64,000 nt of DNA from positions 3,906,001 through 3,970,000 of the forward strand of contig OZ024762.1 in NCBI GenBank assembly GCA_964016885.1, given 5' to 3'. The translations under genes and the position numbers were made by a program. The DNA comes from Eledone cirrhosa. Taxonomy: Eukaryota. The notes under the pieces were generated by a model. That model saw only the letters and a program-made list of their open reading frames with translations. It was not told where the DNA came from and made no database searches. Below, one piece after another: positions 1-13,486 of the stretch (position 1 is its first letter; each line of letters begins with the position of its first letter).

Positions 1-118
1 TATCTATGTATATATATATGTATGTATTTATATATCTATGTGTATATATGTATGTATATATATCATCATCATCATCATTTCATTTTACGTCCGCTTTTTC
101 CCTGCTTGCATGTATTTA

Positions 119-172
<54 letters not shown>

Positions 173-410
173 TATGTGTATGTATGTATATATCTATCTA
201 TGTATGTATGTATGTGTATGTATGTAAATATCTATCTATATATCTATGTATATGTATGTATATTTATATGTATATATGTATATATATTTGTGTATACATG
301 TTTGTATGTATATATGTATGTATATATATTTGTATATATGTATGTATATTTGTATATATATATCATCATCATCATCATTTAACGTCCATCTTCCACGCTA
401 GCATGGGTTT

Positions 411-456
<46 letters not shown>

Positions 457-483
457 ATGTATAAATATTTGTATGTATATTTC

Positions 484-526
<43 letters not shown>

Positions 527-540
527 TTATCAGATAGGGT

Positions 541-632
541 GTGGTAGTTCCACAACAGTTAATTCACCATTTCTGAGAACAATTGTTTCCCTTTAGTCGG
601 AAATGATGAATTAACTGTTGTGGAACTACTAC
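541..632. repeat. Hairpin-forming inverted repeat (36-bp arms) in a putative Penelope-like terminal repeat fragment
   Basis: GTGGTAGTTCCACAACAGTTAATTCACCATTTCTGA (541-576) pairs with TCGGAAATGATGAATTAACTGTTGTGGAACTACTAC (597-632). The adjacent AACTCGTCCCATGGACTGAGTGCTCTAC recurs inverted at ~33627-33656. Confidence 0.6.
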
Positions 633-939
633 CAAACTCGTCCCATGGACTGAGTGCTCTACTACGGACATAGCCCACTAGTGTTCTACTATTATATATA
701 TATATATATGACCAGAGACTTCAAACATTACAAGTTTCAAAATAAGAATATCTTTCTCTCCTGTGTGTATTTAGTGTATGTAACTAAATATGTACATACA
801 CATATACACTACTGAATGGTCGTTGTCTCTCATGAGTTCCCCCAGCCATTGACAAATTATATATTTCATCATCTCAGGCGACAAAATGTCACCCTCACCA
901 AGTAGGCTTGATGAAATTGCGGATGATGAAATATGCTGT

Positions 940-1170
940 ACTGTGTTACATGTAACCAGGAGCACCCATAAACTACCTCTAAAAGTCTCTCTCTTGAGCT
1001 CAGAGGCTCATCGGGCAACTGAGAAAGCAACACCATCAGCCCCAGGACAAGATGCCAGTCCATTACAGGGTTAAACTCCCAGCTATTGCTGGTACTCATT
1101 TTCAACTGAGTATACTGGAGCAATGTGAAATGAAGTGTTTTGCTCAAGAACACAACACACCACCCAGCCA
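940..1170 (-). mobile_element. SINE fragment with CORE-like domain
   Basis: Minus strand reads GTGTTGTGTTCTTGAGCAAAACACTTCATTTCACATTGCTCCAG, the block also seen at ~33250-33300 and ~30000-30060. Confidence 0.6.
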
Positions 1171-3289
1171 TAGAAACAAAGCCAAAACAAAGTATATGAG
1201 CAGGACCTAGTCACCTGACCAGTTTGGCCTCAGCACCTGACATCTGTCTAACCCATGCAAGCATGGAAAATAGATTTTAATAGATAATGATTAGGATGAT
1301 GTCAACTGTCTATCCATGCTTATGATAGTTTCATAGTCATTGTTGTGGTAGAATCGCTCTGTCTAATCTGTAATTTCCTGTTGTCTACACCTATCACTGT
1401 TGTTCATTTTCCATAGATACTTCTGTCAGATTGTGACAGAGTTAGTCTTTAAGTCATAAAGTTATGTCACTTGCTCTCTTTTTCCTTCTTTCTGTTATGT
1501 CAGACAATAAAAATGACATTGGCTGTTGCCCTGTTTCATCTAAAATCTACTTCATTCTCTCATGTCACTTCTTCAGTGTTCTTCTCTTGCTATTGATAAC
1601 AGAGAAATTACCCAGCAATTTTTAGGTTTTGTTTATCGCTCTTAATAAGTGTTAGGGTTAGGGTAGTGGTTTAGTAGAATTGGTGGACACTATCAGATAA
1701 AATACCATTGCAGTGCTTGTTCTGTTCTCTGTGTTCTGAGTTCAAATCCCACTGAGGTTAACTGTACTTTTCATCTTTCTAGGGCCAATAAAATAAAGCA
1801 ACAGTCAAGTAATGTGGTTGGTTTAATCAACTTTGCCCTTCCCCCAAAGTTGCTCGTTTTGTGTCTAAATTAGAAATTGATATTATCCTACTGAGTTCAA
1901 CTTTGCCCTTCATCCTTCTGAGGTCAATAAAATAAAGTACCAGTCAAGTACTGAGGTTAGTTTAATCAACTTTGGCCTTGTGACTAAATTAGAAATAAGT
2001 AATTTAGTTTCCAGCATAAAGGTCATGGATTTTTTTTGTGTGTTTTTCTCTGTCACTGTAAATGTAGTTGGCGTTAGGGAGGGCATCCAGCTGTAGAAAC
2101 CTAGCCAGAAACAGTTCTATATGAGCAAGACACGGTCACCTGACCTAACTAGCCTTAAACGGGATAACTTATCTAACCCATTCTAGCGGGGAAAATGGAA
2201 GATAAACAATGATGATGATTTTACATCAAATATTGTGTGGCATATTAACAATGTGCTTTCTGTTTTCCATATAATAGTTAATGCTGTTCTGAGTTCAAAT
2301 CCTGCCCAGGTCAGCTTTGCCTTTCATCCTTTCCAGAGTTGATAAAATAAAGCACCAGTTAAATTGGCCATATCTGGCCAGAATTCTCTCACCTCTTTCT
2401 GTTCAAACCGGCTGTGACCAGCCACTCATACTGATGTTAAGATATTATTTTCAAAATAAATAACATCAAAATCTCGCAGATTTGATATTATGTGAGATAA
2501 AGTGTTTATTATGAAAATATAATAATAAACATAGAGTAATGTAAATGCTAAAGGGTTAATCAACTTTGCCCTTCCTCCAGATTTGTTGGCTTTGTCCCTG
2601 AATTAGAAATGAGTAATGTATCAGTGTTGCCAGCATAGAGGTCAAGGTTCTTTTGTGTCATTTTCTGTTTTTCACCTTACATTGAATATTGTCTCATATA
2701 TCAATTATGTGCCCCCCTCTTGTATTATTTCAGCACTGATGTTCTCTATAGTTGGTAGACTTCCAGTCTTATTGGGTTTTTTTTCTATTTCTTCTTTGTT
2801 TTTGTTTCTGTGTGACAATCCACATGAGGTGGACCATCCAAGACTTCTAATATTGTTTCTGGGTTTACCAGGTAATTAGGGTGAAGATGTTAAGTAAGTT
2901 TTTTTTTTTTTTTGAAACAGCAAGTGAAGTTTGAAATATAAATATAAGCTTTCACCATATTTTTTTTACTAAAGAAATTTTAGCCTGATAGTGGGGTTTA
3001 GAGCCCTCTGAGAAATGGGAAAAGATGAGCATTGACGTAATGAGATGTTGTTTCAAATCATCTTTCTCACATTGAAGTATCCTCACATCTCTTTCTCTGT
3101 GAGTTGCAGTCTTTTATTTTTCATTAGTGAGGCTGCATGGCTTTAGTGGTTACGGAGTTGGACTCACAATCGTGAGGTTGTGAGTTTGATTCTCGGGAAT
3201 CGAATGTAGCAGGGAACTTTCTAGGTACAAATTCCATGGTCATTTGTGACCAAAGAGGGTATTTACCTCTTCAACCTTGATATATATAT

Positions 3290-3470
3290 CATCATTTTAC
3301 ATCCACTTTTCCTGCTTGCAAGGGTGGAATGGGTTCTCTTCAGCACAGCATCTTTCCATTTGTCACGATCCTTCGTCATCTCCTCTGTGAGCTTCAGTGA
3401 TCTAGGGTCAGCTCTTACCACCTCCTGCCATGTTTTCTGTGGTCTTCCTCTACTATGTCTTCCTTCCACT
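3290..3470 (-). mobile_element. RTE-clade LINE 3' end fragment
   Basis: Translates to GRHSRGRPQKTWQEVVRADPRSLKLTEEMTKDRDKWKDAV, the typical RTE ORF C-terminus, followed by a short (ATG)n tail. Confidence 0.75.
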
Positions 3471-3476
3471 GGGATT

Positions 3477-3529
<53 letters not shown>

Positions 3530-5011
3530 GCGCTATGGATAATAGTTTGTTGCTGAGCTGCAAAATTGGTTGATATCAAATGACTGTTAGCAGAACTGGA
3601 TGTATATTGGGCAGAATATACCACACTGTACATACTTATCTCCCTTTTTATTCTCACTTTCCCTTTCATCCTTCCTAGAGTCTATAAAATATTTTCCTGT
3701 CTAACCCTAGAACGGTTAAATTGGCTGTTCCCTCCCCCACATCCACTCAACTTTTCAGCATCTTTTTGCCTTTGTTTCGTACCAGTATTTTCATTTGATA
3801 TATGGAAGGGGAGGAAGTATGCATAAAATATACATTACACATGTGAGGGAAGGGGAGTTATTTGAAAACTCTGATACTTATATCTTTTTTACTCTTTACA
3901 TACATACGCACACACTCACTTCACATACACAAATATACAGTGGGCTTCCACACATTTTCAGTCTAGCAAATTTGAAGGCATATGTCTATAGTAGAAGGTA
4001 CTTTGCCCAGGGTGCCACACAATGGCACTGAAACATGAAACCAAAATATATACTAATATATATATTTTAACCCTTTTGAGTGATAAGAAACTCTTAGGAG
4101 AGCTGGAGAACAGAAGCTTTTCAGAGAAGAAACTCCACTCTCATGCATGTGTTTCAGCCCTTAACTCCTTTCACTCTAAGGGAGCTGGGCTGCATCCAGG
4201 TCATTACTTCTGGGTGCCCTTTGGATATCAGAGACTTGTGTATTTAAACCACATGAAGATTTTGACAAGATCTAACCTCTCTGTTGCCTCTGCTTTCAAA
4301 CTTTTCTTGAGTTTGGTAAAATAAGATTGGTAGTCATGTAGTCATGGTAGCAGTGAGACATCAACAGTGTCACTGCTGCCTGAAACCACACTTAATATAA
4401 AACCGTTTATTTTAAAGTGTTTATATTTATCTAAAATCGTCCCATCGTAATTTTATGTAAGAATCTTTAAGTTATGTTCCAAATAGCAACTTAATGATTA
4501 TTACTGATTATTTTCAAAGTTATAAAAATAATAGAAATACGATAATGAAAAGTGTTAAATCAATATTTTTGAAATCATTTCTCTATATTTTAATATGTTA
4601 AATTAACTCTTAATGTCCTGCACCACATGAAACCACATTAGCAAGACAGAACTACAACTTCATCGCATTGAATATTAAAGTCTTTACTTTATTTTACTGC
4701 AAATTTTTATAGCAATCTGTCCACTAGTAAAGATACTATAAACAGTTGAATTAACAAACTACATGACACATTAGCAAGACCTTCTTGAAAAGTTGAAAAC
4801 AGCACTATGACTACATCACATTCAAAATTGAAGTCTTTACTGTAATACAGCAAATTTTTACAACAATCTGTCCACTAGTAAAAATATTATAAACTTCTGA
4901 ATTAAAAAAACACATTAGGGAGACATTCTTGAAAAATTCAGAAAAACACAATGACTTTGTCGCATTAAATATTAACATTTTTGCTTTAATACTGCAAATT
5001 CATCAGATTAA

Positions 5012-5232
5012 CCCTTTAGCATTTACATTATTCTATACTTACTATTGTATTTTCATAGTAAAGGCTTTATACTACATAATTATCTCACACAATATCGAAT
5101 CTAAGAGATTTTGATATTATTTATTTTGAGAACAATACCTTAACATCAGTATGAGCGGCCAGTTACAGCCGGTTTGAACAGAGTGAGGTGAGAGAATTCT
5201 GGCTGGATATGGCCAGTTTAAATGCTAAAGAG
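5012..5232. mobile_element. piggyBac-type MITE (TTAA-flanked)
   Basis: TTAA|CCCTTTAGCATTTA ... TAAATGCTAAAGAG|TTAA. Related copies at ~2360-2555, ~5385-5602, 8947-9611 and ~30110-30320. Confidence 0.75.
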
Positions 5233-6659
5233 TTAAATATTAAAATCTTTACTCTAATATTGCAAATTTTTCCCAACAATCTGTCAACTAGTAAAGATAC
5301 TATAAACGTTTGAATTAAAAAAAAACACATTAGCAAAACATTCTTGAAAAAAAGAATTCCGAACATGATGACTTCATCCCATTTAACTTTTTAGCATTTA
5401 AACCGGCCGTATCTGACCAGAATTCTCTCACCTCTTTCTGTTCAAACCAGCCATTATCAGCTCCTCTTACTGATGTTAAAGTATTCTTCTCAAAATAAAT
5501 AACATGAAAATCTCATAGATTTGATATTATGTGAGATAATTATGTAAGGTAAAGCCTTTACCACAAAATTTCAATAATTTATAAAGTAATGTAAATGCTA
5601 AAAGTCTGCTGGTAAAGATACTATAAAATTCTGAATTTTAAAAACACATAAACAAGACATTCTTGAAAAATACAGACAAACACAATGACTTAATCACATT
5701 AAATATGAAAATCTTTTACTCTAATACTGCAAATTTTTCCCAACAATATGTCTGCTGATAAAGATACTATAAACAATTAAATTAATAAACCGGTTTTTAG
5801 ATATTTTCTATGAAATTGTTGCAGGAAGTTAAGAGTTAATTTTATGTTGTTTTTCTTCTTTCCTTTTTTAAAAAATATATATATATTTTTTAAATTTGTT
5901 TTGTTATGGTAACTGTTTGTTGTGCTAAAATAAACTTCTGCCTAACAATAGTTAATGAATGCAGTTGACATTGGAAGATTTGAAGGACATGTGATCATTA
6001 CACCTGTGCTCAGACCTGGTCATGTGACTGCTGCTGTTGCTGTTTGCATATCTTGCCCTCTTCATTATTGCTGTTTATTTTTTTCTCTCTTTGTTTTGTG
6101 TGTTAAAATGTCATTAAAATCATGTGATTTATGTTTAACAACCACCTCCTCCCCTGCCTCCTCCACTCCAATGCACTTTCTACTTTCAATTATAAATGTG
6201 AACATGCACATACATACATATATACACACACATACTGCATACATACATACACACATAAATGCATACATATATAAATGCATACACACACATACATACACAC
6301 ATACATACATATATACACACATGCACACATACACATACATACATACATACAACCGCAGTCACATATATGCATAATTCTTTACTGATTATATTCATGCCAT
6401 ACATGCATACACGCATACACATATGCATACATATGGCAGGAATATAATTAATATATAATTATGTATATATGTGATGTCATACACACATACATAATACATT
6501 ATCATCATCACCATTTAACGTCCATTTTTCCACACTAGCATGGGTATACATACACTCATACATACATACTTACACAAAACCCATCACATACATAATTATA
6601 TAATTGCTGTAGACACATACATATATGTATACATACACTCATACATACATGCATGCATG

Positions 6660-6960
6660 CATACACACACAAAGCCAGTCACATAAATTATTATATAACT
6701 GGTGTACACACACACATACATTTATACATACACTCATACATACATGCATGCATACATACATACATACACACACAAAGCCAGTCACATAAATTATTATATA
6801 ACTGGTGTACACACACACATACATTTATACATACACTCATACATACATGCATGCATACATACATACATACACACACAAAGCCAGTCACATAAATTATTAT
6901 ATAACTGGTGTACACACACACATACATTTATACATACACTCATGCATACATACATGCATA
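6660..6960. repeat. ~103-bp tandem repeat (about 3 copies) in CA/CATA microsatellite
   Basis: CACAAAGCCAGTCACATAAATTATTATATAACTGGTGTACAC recurs with a 103-bp period. Confidence 0.8.
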
Positions 6961-8366
6961 AATACATACATACTCATACATATATGCATACACACATGCC
7001 TAAAACCAGTCCCATATATACATGATGGCTGCAAACTCTGCTAAGAGTACTGCAACCGCTTGTCAGAGTTTGGTGCACTTTTAGGCAACAGCCCGCAACA
7101 CAAACCTGTAACATATCCTGAACAAGCAATGTCTGTGCTTTGAAGGTTTTTTTAAGTGGGGAAGGCCTTACACTCGACCAATCCCACTCTCTGAGCATCG
7201 AAAACACTACCTTCCGAAGCAGCAGGTTTTTTTTCAGAGTTTCCCTCTCCTAGAAAGGTGTTGTGACTCTGCTGAGTTCTTCCGCCCTTTGCCGGGGTCT
7301 TGTATTTCAGCCCACAGAGTGTCCAAATAACGCCCTCCTCACCGAGCTAGCTTGGTGGGGTTGCCAGTTTAGTCACCGATGACCCGACCATGAGACAGAT
7401 TGTAGTGGGTTACATGTTACCAGTAGCACTAGAGAGCTACCTGACATACCCATATATACATAATTATATACTAACATACTTACATACATTTTCCCTGCTA
7501 ACAAGAGTTGGATGGATCAGTACTCAAGTCGTGCTACTGACCAACGTCTCGCTATCTTAGTTTCCTACTCTCTGTTGATGAAGAAGCCTGCATCTCAATT
7601 ACATATGCCCCTGCATCCTACCATGTGTATTTTATCATGGACCCAGCGCTAGAGAGATTGTCGTCTCTTTGACATCACTGAAGAGGCATACACATACACA
7701 TATACGCAGAGAGACACACCCATATACACGCAGAAACACACAGGCATACGCATTTACACACAGAAACACACAGGCATACGCATTTACACACAGAAACACA
7801 CAGACATACGCATATACACACAGAAACACACAGAGACATACACATATACACACAGAAGTATACACATATACCCCCAGACACACGCATATACACGCAGAAA
7901 CACACACAGACATACACATAAGCATACAGATATACCCGCAGACACACGCATATACATGCATACAGACACACACATATGTACAAAGAGATACACAGACACA
8001 TGCATATACACACGTTTCAGCTGCTGTAGACAAAATGGCGAAGGTTTTGCCCCGGACAACAACACCGAAATATTTGGTTATTTAAAAAATTAATTGTAAC
8101 ATATAGGCAGTATATTTCATTAAATATACAATAATGAAAAGGAAAGGTTAAATTTTAGTTTGGTTTCAGAGCCAATTTTGAGGGTTTAGGGGTTAAAGGA
8201 CTTTGATATGGTATCCAACTTGGTTAAAGTTGTTCAATATTTACAATATAATATCATATGATATGACAACTTGATGGGTCAGTGTTTATCATACATGAGA
8301 TATTGGTGCTGTAATGTGTGTGTTAGTGTGTGTGTGTGTGTGTATACATATATATACATACATATG

Positions 8367-8449
<83 letters not shown>

Positions 8450-8456
8450 GATAAGT

Positions 8457-8488
<32 letters not shown>

Positions 8489-8650
8489 CCATGCTAGCGT
8501 GGAAGATGGACGTTAAACGATGATGATGATGATATATATATATATATATCACCATCCAACCGGAAATTTATAAATTTAATTTATAATAAATTGGAGTGAA
8601 AGCAACTGGTGCGTGTGTTTCTTATTGGCAACATGACCCACCCAAAGTAT

Positions 8651-8701
<51 letters not shown>

Positions 8702-8946
8702 CATATATCTTCATTTCCGCACTCACAAATCTTGAAATTTTTGGCATGTTTTCGTTTGTGGTATATTGTATACCAGTTGTTTTCAGTTGGCTTGGACATT
8801 TGTCTCTCTCCTCACTCAACCTTGCTTTCCTTACCTAACCAAACATCATGATAGTCACATCTCTAGGGTTTCAGTACTCTTGGTCTCTCTGAAAAACTTT
8901 ACTACAAACACACATATTCACACATAACTATTAACATTTTCATTAA

Positions 8947-9611
8947 CCCTTTAGCATTTACATTTTGTGTTAAAGGCTTTATCCTCACATAATTATCTCA
9001 CATAATATCGAATCTATGAGATTTTGATATTATTTATTTTTAGAACAATGCAGTACTCACTGTAAATGAGGTTGGTGTTAGGAAATCAAGCCAAAATCAC
9101 TTCCGTATGAGCAAGCCATGGTCACCCGACCTAACATTGCCCACAACAGGACAACTTGTCTTACGCAAGCTAGTGTGGAAGAATGGACGTAAAACGGTGA
9201 TAATGAGGATACCTTAACATCAGTTTGAGTGGTTGGTTATGGCTGGTTTAAAAAGAAAAAGGTGAGAGAATTCTGGCCAGATACAGCCGGTTTGTAAAGA
9301 AAGATATGAGAGAATTCTGGCCAGATACAGCCAGTTTGTAAAGAAAGATGTGAGAGAATTCTGGCCAGATACAGCCGGTTTGTAAAGAAAGATATGAGAG
9401 AATTCTGGCCAGATACAGCCAGTTTGTAAAGAAAGATGTGAGAGAATTCTGGCCAGATACAGCCGGTTTGTAAAGAAAGATAGAGAATTCTGGCCAGATA
9501 CAGCCGGTTTGTAAAGAAAGATATGAGAGAATTCTGGCCAGATACAGCCGGTTTGTAAAGAAAGATGTGAGAGAATTCTGGCCAGATACAGCCAGTTTAA
9601 ATGCTAAAGGG
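8947..9611. mobile_element. piggyBac-type MITE with an inserted fragment and an internal 44-bp tandem array
   Basis: TTAA at 8943-8946 and 9612-9615; TIR CCCTTTAGCATTTA/TAAATGCTAAAGGG. Confidence 0.75.
9264..9598. repeat. 44-bp minisatellite (~7.5 copies) derived from MITE subterminal sequence
   Basis: Unit GAGAGAATTCTGGCCAGATACAGCCGGTTTGTAAAGAAAGAT(A/G)T starts at 9264, 9308, 9352 and onward. Confidence 0.9.
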
Positions 9612-10116
9612 TTAACTCTTTTGACATCAAACTGCCCTCAAGAAAAAATCAAACGCACGGCCTTATGATTGTGAGCAAAACACACAATCCACAAAGCTAC
9701 CCGCCTCTACAATGACGTCATAATGTTAGACAAAGAGCTGTCTAGAGTGTTGTTCATATAATTACATGCATTTGGTACATGAAGTGTTTGCAAATTTATT
9801 AGTGGATTAAAAAGACAATGTTACACACACACACACACACACACACCAATTCATGTGCACACATAATGCAGCTTTGTTTATGAAAATCAGGCTGGCTTCT
9901 GGCTTTCCACTGTGGAAATTTCCACAGTGGAAATCAACATTTGTTTTTAATAGTCAGTAAATTGTCTTTTTCAGACAATGGTGGACAGCAATCCAGAGTG
10001 TGTGTGTGTTTGTGTGTATCTATATATATGTGTGTGTATATATATTTATACATGTATATATGTGTTTATATATATATATATGTGTGTATATATGTATGTG
10101 TGTGTGTATATATGTA

Positions 10117-10170
<54 letters not shown>

Positions 10171-10311
10171 TGTGTGTGCATATATATATCTGTGTATGTA
10201 TGTGTAAATACATACACACACTCGTTACAGCACCAATATCTCATGTATATATGATAAACACTGACCTATCAAGTTGTCATATCATATGATATTATATTGT
10301 AAATATTATTC

Positions 10312-10500
10312 GGTGGATTGGCAGTATCGGTAGAGGGTCGGACGCCATGCTTTGACGTAAAGAGTTACGGCCCTTGCCATTCTGAGTTCAAATCTCGCCG
10401 AGGTTAACTTTGTCTTTCATCCTTACGGGGTCGATAAAATAAAGTACCAGTAATGCACTGGGTAATTTCTGTCCTTGTGCCAAACGTAGAAACAATTATT
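10312..10500 (+). mobile_element. tRNA-derived SINE with Meta-SINE-like core (representative copy)
   Basis: GGTGGATTGGCAGTATCGGTAGAG (A box), GAGTTCAAATC (B box), CTTTCATCCTTACGGGGTCGATAAAATAAAGTACCAG core and (ATT)n tail. Many further copies, e.g. ~1675-1880, 16270-16465(-), 16555-16750, 24560-24875, 28800-29100, 36400-36490. Confidence 0.8.
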
Positions 10501-10573
10501 TATTATCATTAATAAAGACTTTTCTTGAGTCAACCTCAGCTACTGAGTTAGATATATTTATCTATATATAGAC

Positions 10574-10619
<46 letters not shown>

Positions 10620-10621
<2 letters not shown>

Positions 10622-11090
10622 GGTGTTGGATGCTTAAAGCGTCTGTATGCGGTAGGCCGTATGAGCACTCGATGCCCTCATAGAGCAGAGTATGATATCA
10701 CAGAAAATAGGAAAATCTGCTTCGTAGAATCGAGACGTATCCGAGGACCGCGCAATTTCAGAGTCAGGTTTGATCACCACATCGATCGTGCCTCGAGCTG
10801 GTTGCCCAGACTCTCAACCACACCTAAAACTAATAAGGGTTTCGATAGAAACCTATTAGAAATAGAAAGAACAGTGAAGGCTGCGTGCTCAGAAGTAAAT
10901 CACGTGCTCTAGGAAACGAGGGAGCAAAAGCTGTTAGCTGGGCCCGAGTGGCGGAAGCGAAAAGTGGCAACAATTCTACGATTCGGTCTTTGAAAGACCA
11001 AAACGGACGTGTGCTACTTGACTCCAGGCAGATGTGCGCGGCCTTTCAGCAGCACTTTGCGCAACTGTTTGAGCAGAACGATGGTGCACC
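10620..11090 (+). mobile_element. Degenerate non-LTR retrotransposon (L1/Tx1-like) ORF2 fragment
   Basis: ARVAEAKSGNNSTIRSLKDQNGRVLLDSRQMCAAFQQHFAQLF resembles the endonuclease-RT linker. Broken by stops and frameshifts. Confidence 0.55.
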
Positions 11091-11159
11091 AGCATGTGTC
11101 TTTGTATTGTCCCCTTTTCTTGTGCGCCCTTGTGGCAAATAAAGAAATATATCTATATA

Positions 11160-11275
11160 GGAAAAGAGTCAGGACCCCGACGGCTGAGCTCCGGCCATTT
11201 CAACAGCTAGATCTGAGTTCGGATCTAGCTGTTGAGACAACTGGAGCTCAGCCGTCGGGGTCCTGACTCCTTTCC
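11160..11275. repeat. Near-perfect 116-bp GC-rich hairpin
   Basis: GGAAAAGAGTCAGGACCCCGACGGCTGAGCTCC..TCAACAGCTAGATCTG, loop AGTT, CGGATCTAGCTGTTGA..GGAGCTCAGCCGTCGGGGTCCTGACTCCTTTCC. Confidence 0.9.
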
Positions 11276-11409
11276 TGTTACCCACTCTACTACCCTAAGT
11301 ATTGAGTACTCTGGTGCGTTATGGTCCACCTGGTATCTTACCACACCTTCTTTATTACATATATACACACATATAGCCAGCAATCCACTATTGCAGCAAA
11401 CACAACCAA

Positions 11410-12130
11410 CACCTCAATTACAGCCATTACTACCAACACTACAACCACAACTACCACTACTATAGCCAGCACAACCACTGACAACTACAACCACAACTAC
11501 CACTACTATAGCCAGCACAACCACAACTACCACTACAACCACAACTACCACTATAACCACAACTACCACTACAACCACAACTAACACTACAACCACAACT
11601 ACCACTACTATAGCCAGCACAACCACAACTACCACTATAACCACAACTACCACTACAACCACAACTACCACTACAACCACAACTACCACTACTATAGCCA
11701 GCACAACCACTGACAACTACAACCACAACTACCACTACTATAGCCAGCACAACCACAACTACCACTATAACCACAACTACCACTACAACCACAACTACCA
11801 CTACAACCACAACTACCACTACTATAGCCAGCACAACCACTGACAACTACAACCACAACTACCACTACTATAGCCAGCACAACCACAACTACCACTATAA
11901 CCACAACTAACACTACAACCACAACTACCACTACAACCACAACTACCACTACTATAGCCAGCACAACCACTGACAACTACAACCACAACTACCACTACTA
12001 TAGCCAGCACAACCACAACTACCACTACAACCACAACTACCACTACAACCACAACTAACACTACAACCACAACTACCACTACAACCACAACTACCACTAC
12101 TATAGCCAGCACAACCACTGACAACTACAA
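11410..12130. repeat. (ACN)n cryptic trinucleotide array with ~130-bp higher-order period
   Basis: TATAGCCAGCACAACCACTGACAACTAC recurs at ~130-bp spacing among ACC/ACT/ACA triplets. Confidence 0.85.
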
Positions 12131-12381
12131 CAGCTTTAACCACCACTTATCAATACCTCAACCATCAATACCATATAACCCGCCCACTCCCTACAACCAT
12201 TACCCCACCCCCATATGTATATTATTATTATATTATATATGTGTATATATCATATATGTGTATATATTATATATATTATATATGTATATATTATATATGT
12301 ATATATTATATATGTGTATATATCATATATGTGTATATATTATATATGTATATATTATATATGATATATATATATTATATA

Positions 12382-12424
<43 letters not shown>

Positions 12425-13228
12425 GTATATATATATATATATTATATATGATATATATATATATATTATATATGATATATATATATATTATATATGATAT
12501 ATATATATATATATTATATATATTTATATATATATACACACACATGCACTCAGCTAAACTCAAAATCTCATATATTTGTTGTATATATATTGTTATATAT
12601 TTGTTTATATATATAAATATATTTAAACTCCACATTATTACCCTCTTTCCTTTTTTCATTGTTTATCTATCTGTATATCTATCCATCCACCACCCAACCA
12701 AACGCTACTCCCCGCCCCCCTCCCTCTCTCTCATATTTATATATATATATTAATGAATTTCTGAAACTCCAGATTTCCCCCTTCTCTCCCACTGGTTCAA
12801 TTTTTTTCATCCATCTTGTTTATCTATCTACCTCTCTGTATCTATTTATATCTTACTATCTGTCTATCTCTGTTTCTACCTTTCTATCTACGTTGCTACA
12901 TTGCTACTCTCTCACTCTCTCTTTTTTCGCCCCTCTTCCATATTTATATAGAACTTAAACTCCCTATTTCCCCTCTCTTCTCACTTCTACCTGTTCACCT
13001 TTCGTGTTTATAATCTATCTATCTCTCTATTTACACTCCTACACTCTAGCATCCAAACCACCTCCTTTTTGGTCCCCTCACATTTATCTATACATCTACA
13101 CTTAAACTTCAAATTCTTCTCTTCTATTCTCCCCTTAATTTCTCTCTCATTCACTCACTCTCTCTCTCTCACTCTCTCTCATATATATATATATATATAT
13201 GGATATGTATATATTTGATTCTTCTGCA

Positions 13229-13486
13229 AAACATTTATCATGCTACCTTAGGTTTCAAGGCATTGGCGTAGAATGCATCTGCAGACCGTAAAACCAAGTC
13301 TTAGAATGAATATATAGATTAGTGGTCCCTAATCTTTTGTTGAGCAAAGTTCAAACATTTTGTTATCTTGTCCAACAAAAGAAAGGGTCTGTTGGTCTAC
13401 ATACTTATTCTAATTCTTGCTTTTACAATTTGCAGATGCATTCCATGCATATGCATTGAAACCTGTGGTAGCATGATAAAGGTTTC
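13229..13486. mobile_element. Foldback/MITE-like imperfect palindrome (~260 bp)
   Basis: AAACATTTATCATGCTACCTTAGGTTTCAAGGCAT... is mirrored by ...ATGCATTGAAACCTGTGGTAGCATGATAAAGGTTT. Pairing continues inward (GAATGCATCTGCA/TGCAGATGCATTC; CTTTTGTTG/CAACAAAAG). Confidence 0.65.
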
